Source: Carcharhinus amblyrhynchos (Eukaryota). Taken from it: 64,000 nt of DNA. Positions 62,990 to 64,000 of this stretch are shown here, in pieces. Both the position numbers and the translations under genes were made by a program. Position 1 is the first letter of the stretch. Every line of letters begins with the position of its first letter. The notes beneath the pieces were generated by a model. It did no database searches. It was given only the letters and a program-made list of their open reading frames with translations, and had not been told where the DNA came from. The stretch lies in the NCBI GenBank assembly GCA_965287045.1, contig OZ336881.1, positions 84,940,001 through 85,004,000 on the forward strand, given 5' to 3'.

Positions 62990-63330
62990 CGTTGTTGAAA
63001 CTTTTCATCTTGCACTCATCAGGACAAGAATGCAAAATCTCCAATGATCACAACAATTTACACTTTGAGGAAGTGAGTGCTGGTTGGTTGACAAGTTGAG
63101 TCTGCAGAAAGCAATTATAAGCTCCCCAAACTCTTGGGTAATTCAAAAAAGGTACAAGGCTTGAACATATTCCTTTTGTTTGCAGATAATGGTTCCTAAT
63201 GTAAGAATATATGTCACTTCGGGCAAATGCAAATGAGCCAAGTTATCAGCTCAATGACTATTTTAAATTGGTTGTTTGTGTAGCTTATTAGCACACTCAG
63301 GATTGCTCAACTTGCTGCCCAATTCATAAA
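62990..63330 (-). mobile_element. Penelope-like element 3' fragment: decayed endonuclease C-terminus plus downstream hammerhead motif
   Basis: Frameshifted LSNPECAN/SYTNNQFKIV/ADNLAHLHLPEVTYILTLGTIICKQKEYVQAL, followed by CTGATGA...GAAA. Confidence 0.7.
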
Positions 63331-63944
63331 AACTCTAAAATTGGGGTGTTGCTGGAGTGGAGGCCAATGTAGGTCAGTGAGCAAAGGGTTCTAGTAAACG
63401 ATGACTGAGGAAGATTGAAATTGGACTGTACGGTAATATATAATGCAGGTACAGGATCTAGACTGCATCAGCAACACAGTCCCTAGAGAAATTCAAATCA
63501 GTCTTCATTGCTTCTTCTGAATTCAGTGGGAGAAATATTGAACAGATGTTTGTGTCCTTTGCGAAGCTTGCGGAACAAGAACTCAGGCAAAAACAAAATA
63601 CTGCAGTTGCTGGAATCTGAAACCAAAACAGAAAATGCTGGCAAATCTCAGCAGGTCTGACAGCACCTGTGAGGGGAGAATAGAGCCAACATCTTGAGTC
63701 TAGATGACCTTTTGTCAGAGCTCTGGGGAAGGGTCAGCTTGATTCAAAACATTGGAAAAATTCAGGCAAAACATCTGCAATATCAATAAGCGATAGTCTG
63801 GACAAGGGATGTCCCAGATGGTGTGGGAGGGAGGCGAATTCTTGCAAGCTGTGCCCAGCATACCTTTAATTCTATCTTTTACTCTCATTCTATATTTCTA
63901 AACCTCAGTTCTAACTCTGGAACAATGCTTTAATTACCACTCCA

Positions 63945-63968
63945 CCCCCCCCCCCCCCCCCCCCCCCC
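63945..63968. repeat. Poly-C tract (C24); other C/G-rich runs at ~301..365 and ~18879..18892
   Basis: Read directly from the sequence. Confidence 0.9.
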
Positions 63969-64000
63969 GCACCACCACCCCAGCTATGACTGCAACACTA

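Noticed and set aside
54326-64000. Further upstream col12a1 FN3 exon
   Set aside because: No FN3-like frame with splice sites was found by eye; likewise no further exon in 1..1900. A missed exon cannot be fully excluded.

Overview
Vertebrate genomic DNA, most likely from a shark or other elasmobranch (inferred from HE1/V-SINEs, HER1/CR1 LINEs and SacSINE1-like DeuSINEs). The whole window lies inside one large minus-strand gene, collagen XII alpha-1 (col12a1). I traced 19 consecutive coding exons between 54325 and 2834. All have GT-AG boundaries and matching phases, totalling 2832 bp (944 codons): three FN3 domains, a vWA domain, then five more FN3 domains, with a 30-bp micro-exon that the ORF track misses. 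From recall these match roughly human exons 14-32. The start and end of the gene lie outside the window. The introns are dense with retroelements and MITE-like repeats, and most short ORFs in the track are repeat artefacts. The most notable non-coding signals are: (1) several minimal hammerhead-ribozyme motifs in Penelope-type repeats, including one with an intact core in a young 133-bp insertion with a 12-bp target-site duplication; (2) a 69-bp minisatellite resembling the tail of an LF-SINE-like element, sitting between diverged direct repeats; (3) direct repeats bracketing a vWA exon; (4) antisense LINE-in-LINE insertions that create long inverted repeats. Repeat-family names come from recalled consensus sequences, not database searches, and repeat boundaries are approximate.
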